This document shows, piece after piece, positions 8,670-17,278 of a DNA stretch of 57,001 bases; the first letter of the stretch is position 1; every line of letters starts with the position of its first letter. Source of the stretch: an uncultured Staphylococcaceae bacterium (lineage in GTDB: Bacteria > Bacillota_I > Bacilli_A > RFN20 > CAG-826); NCBI GenBank assembly GCA_964546565.1, contig CAZJKC010000003.1, positions 1 to 57,001 of the forward strand, in the 5' to 3' direction. The position numbers and the translations under genes are program-made. The notes below the pieces were generated by a model. It was not told the DNA's origin. It ran no database searches and saw nothing but the letters and a program-made list of their open reading frames with translations.

Positions 8670-10785
8670 AAAAAAGATAAAAAAACTAATAGAGCCTCTC
8701 TCGATCATAATAATCGTAGTAGCGTTCATCTTAATATTCTTTCAATCTCATATCATCCGATTAGGAGTATCATTTCTATCATTATTCAAATCAATCTATT
8801 ATTCAATAGTGTCATTGTTTAAAGATTTAGAAGTGCCATCAGTATCATTTGATTACATGGTAACTCATGTTGGAAGTGGCTCTATTGCTAATTTATTAAA
8901 TATAGATTTTGCATCTTTTAAAAATAAGCTTGCTATAGTAGGCCAATTAATGATAAGTGGGTCCTTTTGGGTTAAGTATTTTGATAAAATAGGTGACTCT
9001 TTAAGTATTATAGTAAGTATTATTAATTTATTCATTTGTTTAATCATCATATATTTAATCGTTAAAATTAGTCGTAAGTATGTGCCAGATGATTATAATG
9101 GTGATACAAAAACTTTAACAATTTATAAAAAAATAGAGGATTGGATCAATAATAAAGTTAAATTAATAAGTTATGCTCTTCAAAGCGTTTATAGCAAAAA
9201 AATTATAATTACTCTAATAGTACTTTTTGCGTGTTACATGCAAGTATTTACAATTATCATAGAGTTTATTGCTAATTATTATTTATTTACAGCATGTTTT
9301 GATTTCAACATTATTTGGAAGGGAATATTGCTATTGTTAGTGGATTTTCTACCGGTTTATTTTTCCTTACCATTACTCTTCCGATTAATAGTTTTATACA
9401 TCGTTTTAGATTTTTTAAGAATTAATAAAGCAAAAAAGAAAATGAGAAAAATCTTAAATGTCGATATGGAATTTCTTGACAATTCTGGTAATCAAATACT
9501 TATCAATGGAGCTTCAAGAACTGGTAAAAATGCTTTAGCAACTACTCTATCAGTAATATATATTCAAGAATATTTACCATATAAACTAATAGAGATAATG
9601 CAAGAAGTTGAACGCAAATTTACATTTATTAATTATTCTCTTTTAAGAGATTATATAGAATCTAAAAAGAATGATGGAAGCTATAAGAATCAATTTGATA
9701 TATATAGTGATTTCTACATTGAAGAAGGAAGCAATGAAGGAATTTTTACGGATTTCATTAGTGAAGATGCCATAGTTGCAGTATGGGATGAATTAACATT
9801 AGAACATGTCAATCATGCCTTAAGTGAATATGCTGTAGCGTATTTCCTATATATTCATGTCACACCGTATTGTGTTAGTAACTATACCATTTTATTCAAT
9901 GATCCTATTAATCAAAATGAGCATTATTTTAATATCTCTCATGTTGATTGTTTAAATGAATCGATAGATGACTATATGAGGCGAAAAGCAAATGTAGTAA
10001 TTAATTATGACTTTTTAAGGTTAGGAAAAAGATATAAAGAATATGAACCAAAATCAACTTATGTACCAGATGTAGGGCTTTATACAATTACGGAAATAGG
10101 AAAAGAAAGAGGATCATATGAATCGACAAAGCATGTCGATTATCAAGACTCGCGTATCAATCAAAAAAATGATAGATTCCGGGAGCGGATTCAAATTTGG
10201 TCGCATATATCAACGATACGATTTAGAACTCTATTCAAAGTAATAGCGGATGAGCAAAGGAATTATGGCCTATCGGCCGATATGAGAGCCACATTTGAAA
10301 ATATTATATTGTTAGATAGAAGAAACATTAAAAAAGGATTAGCCCTTCATGGATGGGCCATTGAAGAAATGATATGTTGCATATTAATTAATGCTTATTC
10401 TAATTATTCCTTAGAAAGAAATGAGATTAAAAAACATGAATCATTATTTTCATATCTATTTAAAAAATTGATAAAACATGTAAATCTCTATTATTTAAGG
10501 CGCATTAATAAGTACTCATATTCTGCTATTAAAGTTTATTCATCAAATGGATCAGTTGAAGATGTAGATAAATCTGTAGATTCAATCACATTATATATCA
10601 TTGATAAATTAGCTTATTCTGGAAGGTATGAAACGGCCAATTTACGTAAGTTGTTCCTTGATGAAATGAGTAAATCACGATTAGATTTTGATGATTTGCG
10701 TAAGTTTAAATCATTAAGTCCATCACCAGCGGATTATAAAGCTATGAATAGTTTTGTATATAAAGATTTATTTGATAAGAAGTAG
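8662..10785 (+). CDS. Multi-TM P-loop ATPase (Zot/pI- or FtsK-HerA-like; candidate genome extrusion/packaging ATPase)
   Basis: Several N-terminal TM helices; Walker A-like LINGASRTGKN; Walker B-like LYTITEIGK; later KVIADEQR motif. Confidence 0.7.
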   Translation: MNKKKIKKLIEPLSIIIIVVAFILIFFQSHIIRLGVSFLSLFKSIYYSIVSLFKDLEVPSVSFDYMVTHVGSGSIANLLNIDFASFKNKLAIVGQLMISGSFWVKYFDKIGDSLSIIVSIINLFICLIIIYLIVKISRKYVPDDYNGDTKTLTIYKKIEDWINNKVKLISYALQSVYSKKIIITLIVLFACYMQVFTIIIEFIANYYLFTACFDFNIIWKGILLLLVDFLPVYFSLPLLFRLIVLYIVLDFLRINKAKKKMRKILNVDMEFLDNSGNQILINGASRTGKNALATTLSVIYIQEYLPYKLIEIMQEVERKFTFINYSLLRDYIESKKNDGSYKNQFDIYSDFYIEEGSNEGIFTDFISEDAIVAVWDELTLEHVNHALSEYAVAYFLYIHVTPYCVSNYTILFNDPINQNEHYFNISHVDCLNESIDDYMRRKANVVINYDFLRLGKRYKEYEPKSTYVPDVGLYTITEIGKERGSYESTKHVDYQDSRINQKNDRFRERIQIWSHISTIRFRTLFKVIADEQRNYGLSADMRATFENIILLDRRNIKKGLALHGWAIEEMICCILINAYSNYSLERNEIKKHESLFSYLFKKLIKHVNLYYLRRINKYSYSAIKVYSSNGSVEDVDKSVDSITLYIIDKLAYSGRYETANLRKLFLDEMSKSRLDFDDLRKFKSLSPSPADYKAMNSFVYKDLFDKK

Positions 10786-10796
10786 GAGGTGATTCA

Positions 10797-11120
10797 GTGT
10801 CAAAAAAAATAAAATATAATAAACAATTAAAAAAAGGAAAATTTTATTCAGTAAAAGGTCATCCTGGTATGATTTATAAAAAAAACGATAAAAAAAATAT
10901 GTATTTTGCTGTTGTAACTGGAACAACACGAAGGAAACATATGACTCAATTAAAGCACCCAACAGAAAAAGGTGTTGATAAATCCTACGTTCATAATCGT
11001 CCAGTTTTAGGAAGAAGATCAAATTTTGGATCTAAAGAATTAAAAGGAATGAGATTCCATAAAGATGATAGAGAAACCATAAGAACTATAAAAAGAAGAA
11101 AGCCAATTAGATTAAAATAA
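10797..11120 (+). CDS. Basic 107-aa protein, possible PemK/MazF-like fold
   Basis: GTG start with AGGAGGTG RBS; GKFY...HPGMI...YFAVVTGTT...L..P...KSYV pattern resembles the PemK-like beta barrel. Confidence 0.45.
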   Translation: MSKKIKYNKQLKKGKFYSVKGHPGMIYKKNDKKNMYFAVVTGTTRRKHMTQLKHPTEKGVDKSYVHNRPVLGRRSNFGSKELKGMRFHKDDRETIRTIKRRKPIRLK

Positions 11121-11165
11121 AAAAAGGTCATCTGAACCTATTAAGTTCGGCGTGACAACCTTCTG
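11118..11165 (-). ncRNA. Putative small RNA convergent with the 107-aa gene
   Basis: TTGATT(11199-11194)-17nt-TATCAT(11176-11171); transcript folds AAGGT-GTCA..GAACTT/AGGTTC..TGACCTT and ends in a U-tract. Confidence 0.5.
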
Positions 11166-11248
11166 TCAGTATGATATACAATATTTTTAAAAAAATCAAC
11201 AAAAAATTAAAAATTTATTAACTCAATATAGGAGGAAGTGAGAAAAAT

Positions 11249-11533
11249 ATGAAAAAAAGTTATAAAAGAAAGAGAAAATATACAAATAAAGAAAAATATG
11301 ATTATTTTGATAAACGCTCAAATCCTTTCGATGATTCTATTTCTATTTGGAAGCATGTTTATGCTATAGAGTGGCTTAATGGTTTTGAACAAAAGGAAAG
11401 AAAAAGAAAAAAACTAATGATTGTTAAGGATGAAATTCAAAAAAGAAAGAAAGCTCATGAACCTTTAACAATGTATGATATAAGATTACATGGTTATCGA
11501 AGCGGTATTACTTCATCTTTTAAAAACAATTAG
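11249..11533 (+). CDS. Small basic hypothetical protein (element copy 2)
   Basis: Homolog of 376-660. Confidence 0.8.
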   Translation: MKKSYKRKRKYTNKEKYDYFDKRSNPFDDSISIWKHVYAIEWLNGFEQKERKRKKLMIVKDEIQKRKKAHEPLTMYDIRLHGYRSGITSSFKNN

Positions 11534-11550
11534 AAATAGGAGGGAAATAA

Positions 11551-11940
11551 ATGGAAGATATAATAAAAGGAGTATTTGTTGATCCTAATTCTTCTTTAAT
11601 CGAAGAGATGATAATAAACGATAATGTTAAATCATTCAAAAAGCTACTAGGTGTAAAGTATATCAATTTAGTATCAAGAAAGATTAATGGTGTAAATTAT
11701 TGTATTGTTAGCAAAGATGAAATTAATGATAATGATCTTCCTTCAATAATATCACCAGTTAATAAATATGATTGTATATATGGGAAAGTCTTTATATGTA
11801 AAATTGATGAAGAAGGCAGTTTTAAATCATTATCTGATAAAGAAATATTTAAATTAATATTATTTGGGAAAACTTTTATAAGTAATGATATGATGTTTAA
11901 AGCTATATGGAATTATCCTTCTAATGTGGGGAGTCAATAA
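11551..11940 (+). CDS. DUF3846-like phage/MGE protein (copy 2)
   Basis: Homolog of 678-1067. Confidence 0.6.
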   Translation: MEDIIKGVFVDPNSSLIEEMIINDNVKSFKKLLGVKYINLVSRKINGVNYCIVSKDEINDNDLPSIISPVNKYDCIYGKVFICKIDEEGSFKSLSDKEIFKLILFGKTFISNDMMFKAIWNYPSNVGSQ

Positions 11941-13035
11941 ATGCCAGTATATAAAAGCGGTAAAACATATTACTTTAAGTGCTGTATTAATGGTCGACAA
12001 TTTCTTAGGCGTGGATTTGCTACAAAAAGAGAGGCACAGGAAGCGGAAATAGATTTTATATATGAAAATAAAGGTAAAGCCAAAAACAAGCCTAAAATGG
12101 TCCTTACATGGCCAAAACTAGTTGAGTATTATTTAAAGCATTTAAAGTCACAAGTAAAAATAACCTATCACTATTCAACAAGTAATCTTTTAAATTCGAT
12201 ATTGGACTTGTTCCCAACAATCGATGTTAATAAACTTTTGTATGTTGATTTTGAACGAGCAAGAGCAAGAATTGATAAATTAGAAGTATCTACCTCAAGA
12301 AAAAATCGTTTATTAAAATTAATTAAAGCAGTCTTTGAGTATGGAAGAATCTATCATAATATCAAAAATGTTGAAGTTGAAAAGATGCAATTATTTAAAG
12401 ATTATTCGGTCAAGAGAAAAACAAGTTTAAAAAAAGAAGTTGTAACATTTAGTGAATTTAAAGCCTTATATGAAGTTTGTGATCCTTATTATAAATTATT
12501 GTTTCTCACACTGTACACATTCGGATTAAGAATAGGTGAGGCAATGGGCTTAAAAGTAGATAGTTTTGATTTAGATAATCAAGTAATGCAAATCTATCAA
12601 TCTATATCATGGAAAAGTGGCACTGGCTCTTATGTTGTAATCACACCTAAAACAGCATCATCAAATCGTTTCTATTACTTACCAGAGCTTTATATTAAGG
12701 CCATAGGAACGCATATTAAGAATAATCATTTAAAAGATAATGATTATATCTTCTTCTCTTCTAATTCACACACACGACCATTATCGGAGCATGCATTAAG
12801 AAATAAGTATAAAAAATATGCGGAGCAAGCAAGCTTTCCACATGGTACTAAATTTCATATATTTAGGCACACAAACGCATCAGAGCTTTTAGCGCATGGC
12901 GTAAGTGTAGAAGATATAAAAGATTATGAAGGTCATTCATCAACAGCCGTTACAGAAAAGTTTTATTTGCATCAAACTGATGAATCTAAAAAAAGAACAA
13001 TGGAGGTGTTAAATATTATTTTAAGCAATTTATAA
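11941..13035 (+). CDS. int: Tyrosine recombinase/integrase (copy 2)
   Basis: R-K-H-R-H-Y catalytic motifs as in copy 1; adjacent to tRNA att. Confidence 0.95.
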   Translation: MPVYKSGKTYYFKCCINGRQFLRRGFATKREAQEAEIDFIYENKGKAKNKPKMVLTWPKLVEYYLKHLKSQVKITYHYSTSNLLNSILDLFPTIDVNKLLYVDFERARARIDKLEVSTSRKNRLLKLIKAVFEYGRIYHNIKNVEVEKMQLFKDYSVKRKTSLKKEVVTFSEFKALYEVCDPYYKLLFLTLYTFGLRIGEAMGLKVDSFDLDNQVMQIYQSISWKSGTGSYVVITPKTASSNRFYYLPELYIKAIGTHIKNNHLKDNDYIFFSSNSHTRPLSEHALRNKYKKYAEQASFPHGTKFHIFRHTNASELLAHGVSVEDIKDYEGHSSTAVTEKFYLHQTDESKKRTMEVLNIILSNL

Positions 13036-13152
13036 CAATAAGGAAGTTCATCAGTTCGAACATTTTATTGTTTGAAAAATTGTATCATTTTGTATCATTT
13101 CTCTTCTCGAAAATCAAAAAAAGCCCGTATTTATCGGACTTTTAAAGCAAAA

Positions 13153-13243
13153 TGGCGGAGCAAGAGAGACTCGAACTCTCGCACCAGTTACCCGATCTAC
13201 GTCCTTAGCAGGGACGCCCCTTCACCAACTTGGGTATTGCTCC
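13153..13243 (-). tRNA. tRNA-Ser(GCU), integration target
   Basis: GGAGCAA...CGTCC-CT GCT AA-GGACG, long variable arm, GTTCGAGTC, CCA end. Confidence 0.97.
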
Positions 13244-13365
13244 AACGGCTAGATAATAGTAACACATGAAGCAAAATCTTTCAATAGTATTTTATTTTTT
13301 TCTAAAACGATTTAATAGCATATACTAAAAACACAAGCAAATGAGGACACCAATCATTTCAATTA

Positions 13366-14256
13366 TTACTCTTCTCTTTCATCGCCATAAAAGAAAACCG
13401 CTACTGTACCAGGACCACAATGTGAACCAATTGTAGTACCTATATTCCATATTTTTATATTATCTTGATACTGTGGTAATGCTTTTATCAATTCCTGTTG
13501 AAGCATTTCTGCTATATGCGGGCAATTAGAGTGATTAATCCATAATTTATCATGATATTCTTGTCCATTTTTAATATGTTCCATGACCTCTTCAACTGTT
13601 TTTTTAATAGCGTTTTTCTTTCCAAAAGCTTTCGAATAAACTACTATTTTACCATCATTATTTAACTTCATAATGGGACAAGTTTTCATAATTCCTCCAA
13701 ATATAGCGGTCATCATTGTAATACGACCACTTCTTTTAAAAAAGCTTAAATCAGTGCAAAAAAATTGATGATGTAATCTTTGACGATTATCTTTAATCCA
13801 CATTGCTAGTTCATCAATTGTTAAATCTTGATTTTTTAAATCAACTGCTGAATCTACAAGCATTCCATATCCTGAGGAGCTACATAATGAATCAATAATC
13901 TCGATGCGAGAATCGGGATATTTTTCTTTTATTAATTCAACAGCTTTCAAAGCATTTAAAACGGAATTAGTCATCCCTGTGCCTAATTCGATATGTAAAA
14001 TGTCTTTTTTTTCTTTCAATAATTGTTCAAAATAAGTAACATATTTATCTATACTAACTTGTGACGTATATGATCTAATCCCTTTTCCTAAATTAGAATA
14101 AAAATCATCTAAATCTTTTTTGCTCCGCCCCATAATATCCTCATATTCCATTCCATCCATAATATAGTTATAAAATAGAACATGCACGCCTCTTTTTATA
14201 AAAAAATCAAAATCAACATCAACTGGGGAGCTGCAACTAATAATATAATCCTTCAT
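13366..14256 (-). CDS. DegV family fatty acid-binding protein
   Basis: YTSQVS, IIDSLCSSSG, RSGRI, IGSHCGPG motifs. Confidence 0.93.
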   Translation of the reverse strand: MKDYIISCSSPVDVDFDFFIKRGVHVLFYNYIMDGMEYEDIMGRSKKDLDDFYSNLGKGIRSYTSQVSIDKYVTYFEQLLKEKKDILHIELGTGMTNSVLNALKAVELIKEKYPDSRIEIIDSLCSSSGYGMLVDSAVDLKNQDLTIDELAMWIKDNRQRLHHQFFCTDLSFFKRSGRITMMTAIFGGIMKTCPIMKLNNDGKIVVYSKAFGKKNAIKKTVEEVMEHIKNGQEYHDKLWINHSNCPHIAEMLQQELIKALPQYQDNIKIWNIGTTIGSHCGPGTVAVFFYGDEREE

Positions 14257-14269
14257 TTTCTTAATCCTT

Positions 14270-14896
14270 TCATAAATAAATAAAATATGCCAATATAAAG
14301 GCCATCAAGGCACAAAAAGAACCATAAAGCAATTCTTCAATAGTGTGCCTTTTCATCTTCATAGAAGACCAGTAAACAACAATCAACACCAAAATACCAA
14401 GCCATGCCCATTGCCCAATAAAAAATAATAAATATATAATTGGACCTGTTGTCCCACAAGCATGACCACTTGCGTTGATAGTGGTATATTTTGAAAAGAG
14501 ATAAATGAAAATACTCGCTAGTAAGTAAGAGCTTATAATTAATTTACTTTCATTTGAAAAGGAATTAACTGTTGCCCACCATAATCCTGTCATAGCGCTG
14601 ATCATGGAAACAATAATGGCTAAATCGCGTTGACCTTTTCGCCCTTCATTTTTATAAGTAGGGATTACTTTTTGTAAAGGATACGAAAGTACCGGCAAAA
14701 TGACAACAAATAATAGGCAAGCTATCAAAGAGTTATAACTTCTAAACACATCATCATTATATGACCATATCAATAAAAGTGATATTGCAGCAATAATCGG
14801 AGCAATAGTAATAATTCTAATCGTTTTAAATATAATTGATTGCATATCAATTGATTTTTGAAAACGTGTTATCTTGCGAGCGTTCATTTTATTCAC
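14270..14896 (-). CDS. PAP2-like integral membrane protein
   Basis: Multiple TMs; ASGH and WSSMKMKRHT motifs. Confidence 0.6.
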   Translation of the reverse strand: MNKMNARKITRFQKSIDMQSIIFKTIRIITIAPIIAAISLLLIWSYNDDVFRSYNSLIACLLFVVILPVLSYPLQKVIPTYKNEGRKGQRDLAIIVSMISAMTGLWWATVNSFSNESKLIISSYLLASIFIYLFSKYTTINASGHACGTTGPIIYLLFFIGQWAWLGILVLIVVYWSSMKMKRHTIEELLYGSFCALMAFILAYFIYL

Positions 14897-15031
14897 CTCT
14901 TTTCATTTATAAACTTAAGACATAAATAGAAAAAAAGCACTCCACTTTCCAAAAATGAACTCTCCTTATAAGAAATGAAAAAGTAGAATACATTTTTAGT
15001 ACTCTACTTTTGCTATTTTTATATTATTTTT

Positions 15032-15685
15032 TCACTTTTTTATAACTTTTGTTGGTGTCCAAAGCCATTTTTCACGTTTGAGACCAATGGATTTTCGTAA
15101 CATCCACCAAAAGATAATAGCGACTTGTAAAACAAGGGCAATACCATAAACTAATAACACCATAACATTATCAAATGTTAAGTGAATAGCAACCGCTAAA
15201 GACCAAACAATTCCTGAACATGTTACTTGTTGCCAAAGCGATGGCCACCATAATGTTGCAAAAACAAGCCATACAATAAAAGACAACGTCACCCCATATA
15301 ATAAAATAGGCAACCAATAATTAGTAAAGATTTCTTTTTGATAGGCACCTAAAATAAATAGACCGATAGTCAATAATAAATAAGGAATACAAATAGAAAT
15401 CAATGTTATAAAATAATGCTTCCATGTGAATAAATCTTGATTGGGATAAAATGCTTTTTTCTTATCAGTTTGCTCATAAACTATATCATTCACTGTTACA
15501 TTAAATAACTCTGCTATTTGTAAAAGATTCTCCATATCAGGAATGGCTTCTCCTCTCTCCCATTTGGAGATTGTTTTATCAGAATAATGTAATTGATCAG
15601 CTAATTCCAATTGCGTCATTTTCGCATTTCGGCGTAAGCTTGTTAAATTTTCAGCAATTGTTTGATACAACTTTTCTTTTTCCAT
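15032..15685 (-). CDS. Xre HTH regulator with C-terminal TM helices
   Basis: MTQLELADQLHYSDKTISKWERGEAIPD; four hydrophobic segments. Confidence 0.88.
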   Translation of the reverse strand: MEKEKLYQTIAENLTSLRRNAKMTQLELADQLHYSDKTISKWERGEAIPDMENLLQIAELFNVTVNDIVYEQTDKKKAFYPNQDLFTWKHYFITLISICIPYLLLTIGLFILGAYQKEIFTNYWLPILLYGVTLSFIVWLVFATLWWPSLWQQVTCSGIVWSLAVAIHLTFDNVMVLLVYGIALVLQVAIIFWWMLRKSIGLKREKWLWTPTKVIKK

Positions 15686-15821
15686 TAATTGTCACATCCT
15701 CACTTGTTACAAGTAATTATTTTCAAAAAAAATATAAATGTCAAATATTCATTATCAAATACGTTTCAAAAGTTTTGACATAAAAAAGGAAGGGTCAAAA
15801 AACTCTTCCTCTTGAACACCA

Positions 15822-17261
15822 TTAATAAGCTTTAGCCACCAAAACAACCTTTGTGGCTTTTTTGCCACATATTGGACAAACATCATCAAAACTTGTTTGG
15901 TCAAAAGGCATACATCTTGTCGTAGCGGCTAAATCAGATTTAATCTTATTTTCACATTCTTCACATCCACACCACATCATCTTAGCATAGCCACCTTTAC
16001 CTTCTAAGGTCGCTTTCAATTCTTCATAATTATGAACTTCCGTAGTATGATTCAATAAATACTTAAGAGCCTTTTCATACATTTCTTCATGAATTTTTTC
16101 TAAAAGATTATTGACAGTTACTACTAAGTCATCTAATTGATAAGTAGCTTTAACACCATCATTACGCTTGGAGGCTACAAATACTCCGTTAGCGATATCT
16201 CGCGGTCCGATTTCAATACGAAGAGGGACACCTTTCATTTCATATTCATGGAATTTCCATCCTGGGGTCACGCTATCATCGGCATCAAGTTTAACACGAT
16301 ATCCTGCTTTCTTTAAAATATCTTCAATTTCTTGCGCTTTTTTCAAAACGCCTTCTTTTTGCATTTGAATAGGTACAATAACAATTTGTGTAGGAGCTAC
16401 ATGAGGAGGTAATACCAAGCCATTGTTATCGCCATGGACCATGATAATAGCCCCTATTAAACGAGTTGAAGCACCAAATGATGTTTGCTCAACAGTTTTA
16501 ATCTTGCCATCTTTATCTTGAAATTTAATACCAAATGCCTCGGCAAATCCATTTCCAAAATAATGGGTTGTCCCACTTTGCAAAGCCTTACCATCAGGCA
16601 TTAATGCTTCAATAGAATATGTTTCTTTAGCGCCAGCAAATTTTTCTTTTTCTGTTTTACGACCCACACTAAATGGTATAGCCAATAAGTCTTTGCCCAT
16701 TTTTTGATATACTTCGAGCATCATCAATGCTTCATGACGAGCTTCTTCTTCGGTTTGATGAATTGTGTGTCCTTCTTGCCACAAGAATTCAGCTCCTCTT
16801 AAAAATGGTCGCGTTGTCTTTTCCCAACGAACTACTGAACACCATTGATTATACTTTAAAGGTAAATCACGATATGATGATACAATTTTCGCAAAATGTT
16901 CACAGAATAAAACTTCACTCGTTGGACGAACAATCAAAGGATCTTCTAACTCTGATTTACCACCAATAGTAACAATGGCACATTCAGGGGCAAATCCTTG
17001 AACATGGTCTTTCTCTTTTTGAAATAATGATGAAGGAATAACCGATGGTAAATAAACATTTTGATGTCCCGTTTCCTTAAACTTCTTATCCAAATAACCT
17101 TGAATTTGTTCCCAAATAGCGTATCCATATGGTCGATAAATAATAAATCCTTTAACCGACGAATAATCCATCAATTCAGCTTTCCGGCATACATCGGTAT
17201 ACCATTGTGCAAAATCGACTTCTTGTGCAGTAATTGCATCATTTTTGTTTTCTATTGCCAT
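15822..17261 (-). CDS. proS: Proline--tRNA ligase (archaeal/eukaryotic type)
   Basis: RPTSE, VVRWE..TRPFLR..EFLWQEGHT, C-terminal CPICG...AKAY. Confidence 0.97.
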   Translation of the reverse strand: MAIENKNDAITAQEVDFAQWYTDVCRKAELMDYSSVKGFIIYRPYGYAIWEQIQGYLDKKFKETGHQNVYLPSVIPSSLFQKEKDHVQGFAPECAIVTIGGKSELEDPLIVRPTSEVLFCEHFAKIVSSYRDLPLKYNQWCSVVRWEKTTRPFLRGAEFLWQEGHTIHQTEEEARHEALMMLEVYQKMGKDLLAIPFSVGRKTEKEKFAGAKETYSIEALMPDGKALQSGTTHYFGNGFAEAFGIKFQDKDGKIKTVEQTSFGASTRLIGAIIMVHGDNNGLVLPPHVAPTQIVIVPIQMQKEGVLKKAQEIEDILKKAGYRVKLDADDSVTPGWKFHEYEMKGVPLRIEIGPRDIANGVFVASKRNDGVKATYQLDDLVVTVNNLLEKIHEEMYEKALKYLLNHTTEVHNYEELKATLEGKGGYAKMMWCGCEECENKIKSDLAATTRCMPFDQTSFDDVCPICGKKATKVVLVAKAY

Positions 17262-17278
17262 AAACTAAAACCTCTTTT

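Larger units (their letters stand above)
2297..13168 (+). mobile_element. Complete 10.9-kb integrated element (copy 2); candidate non-tailed, membrane-associated provirus
   Basis: Flanked by 16-bp att direct repeats; integrase, repressor, initiator, membrane proteins and membrane ATPase; no tailed-phage or conjugation hallmark genes recognised. Confidence 0.88.

Noticed and set aside
2297-13168. Tailed prophage remnant or PICI
   Set aside because: No terminase, portal, capsid, tail, lysin or primase recognisable; ORFs are intact and dominated by membrane proteins
2297-13168. Canonical rolling-circle inovirus
   Set aside because: No HUH/Rep_trans initiator and no small single-TM coat gene seen; kept only as an alternative because of the Zot-like ATPase
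13072-13269. 65-aa ORF
   Set aside because: Antisense shadow of tRNA-Ser(GCU) and the att region
15822-17261. Archaeal/eukaryote-type ProRS as a recent horizontal transfer
   Set aside because: This type is normal in Mollicutes and many related Bacillota
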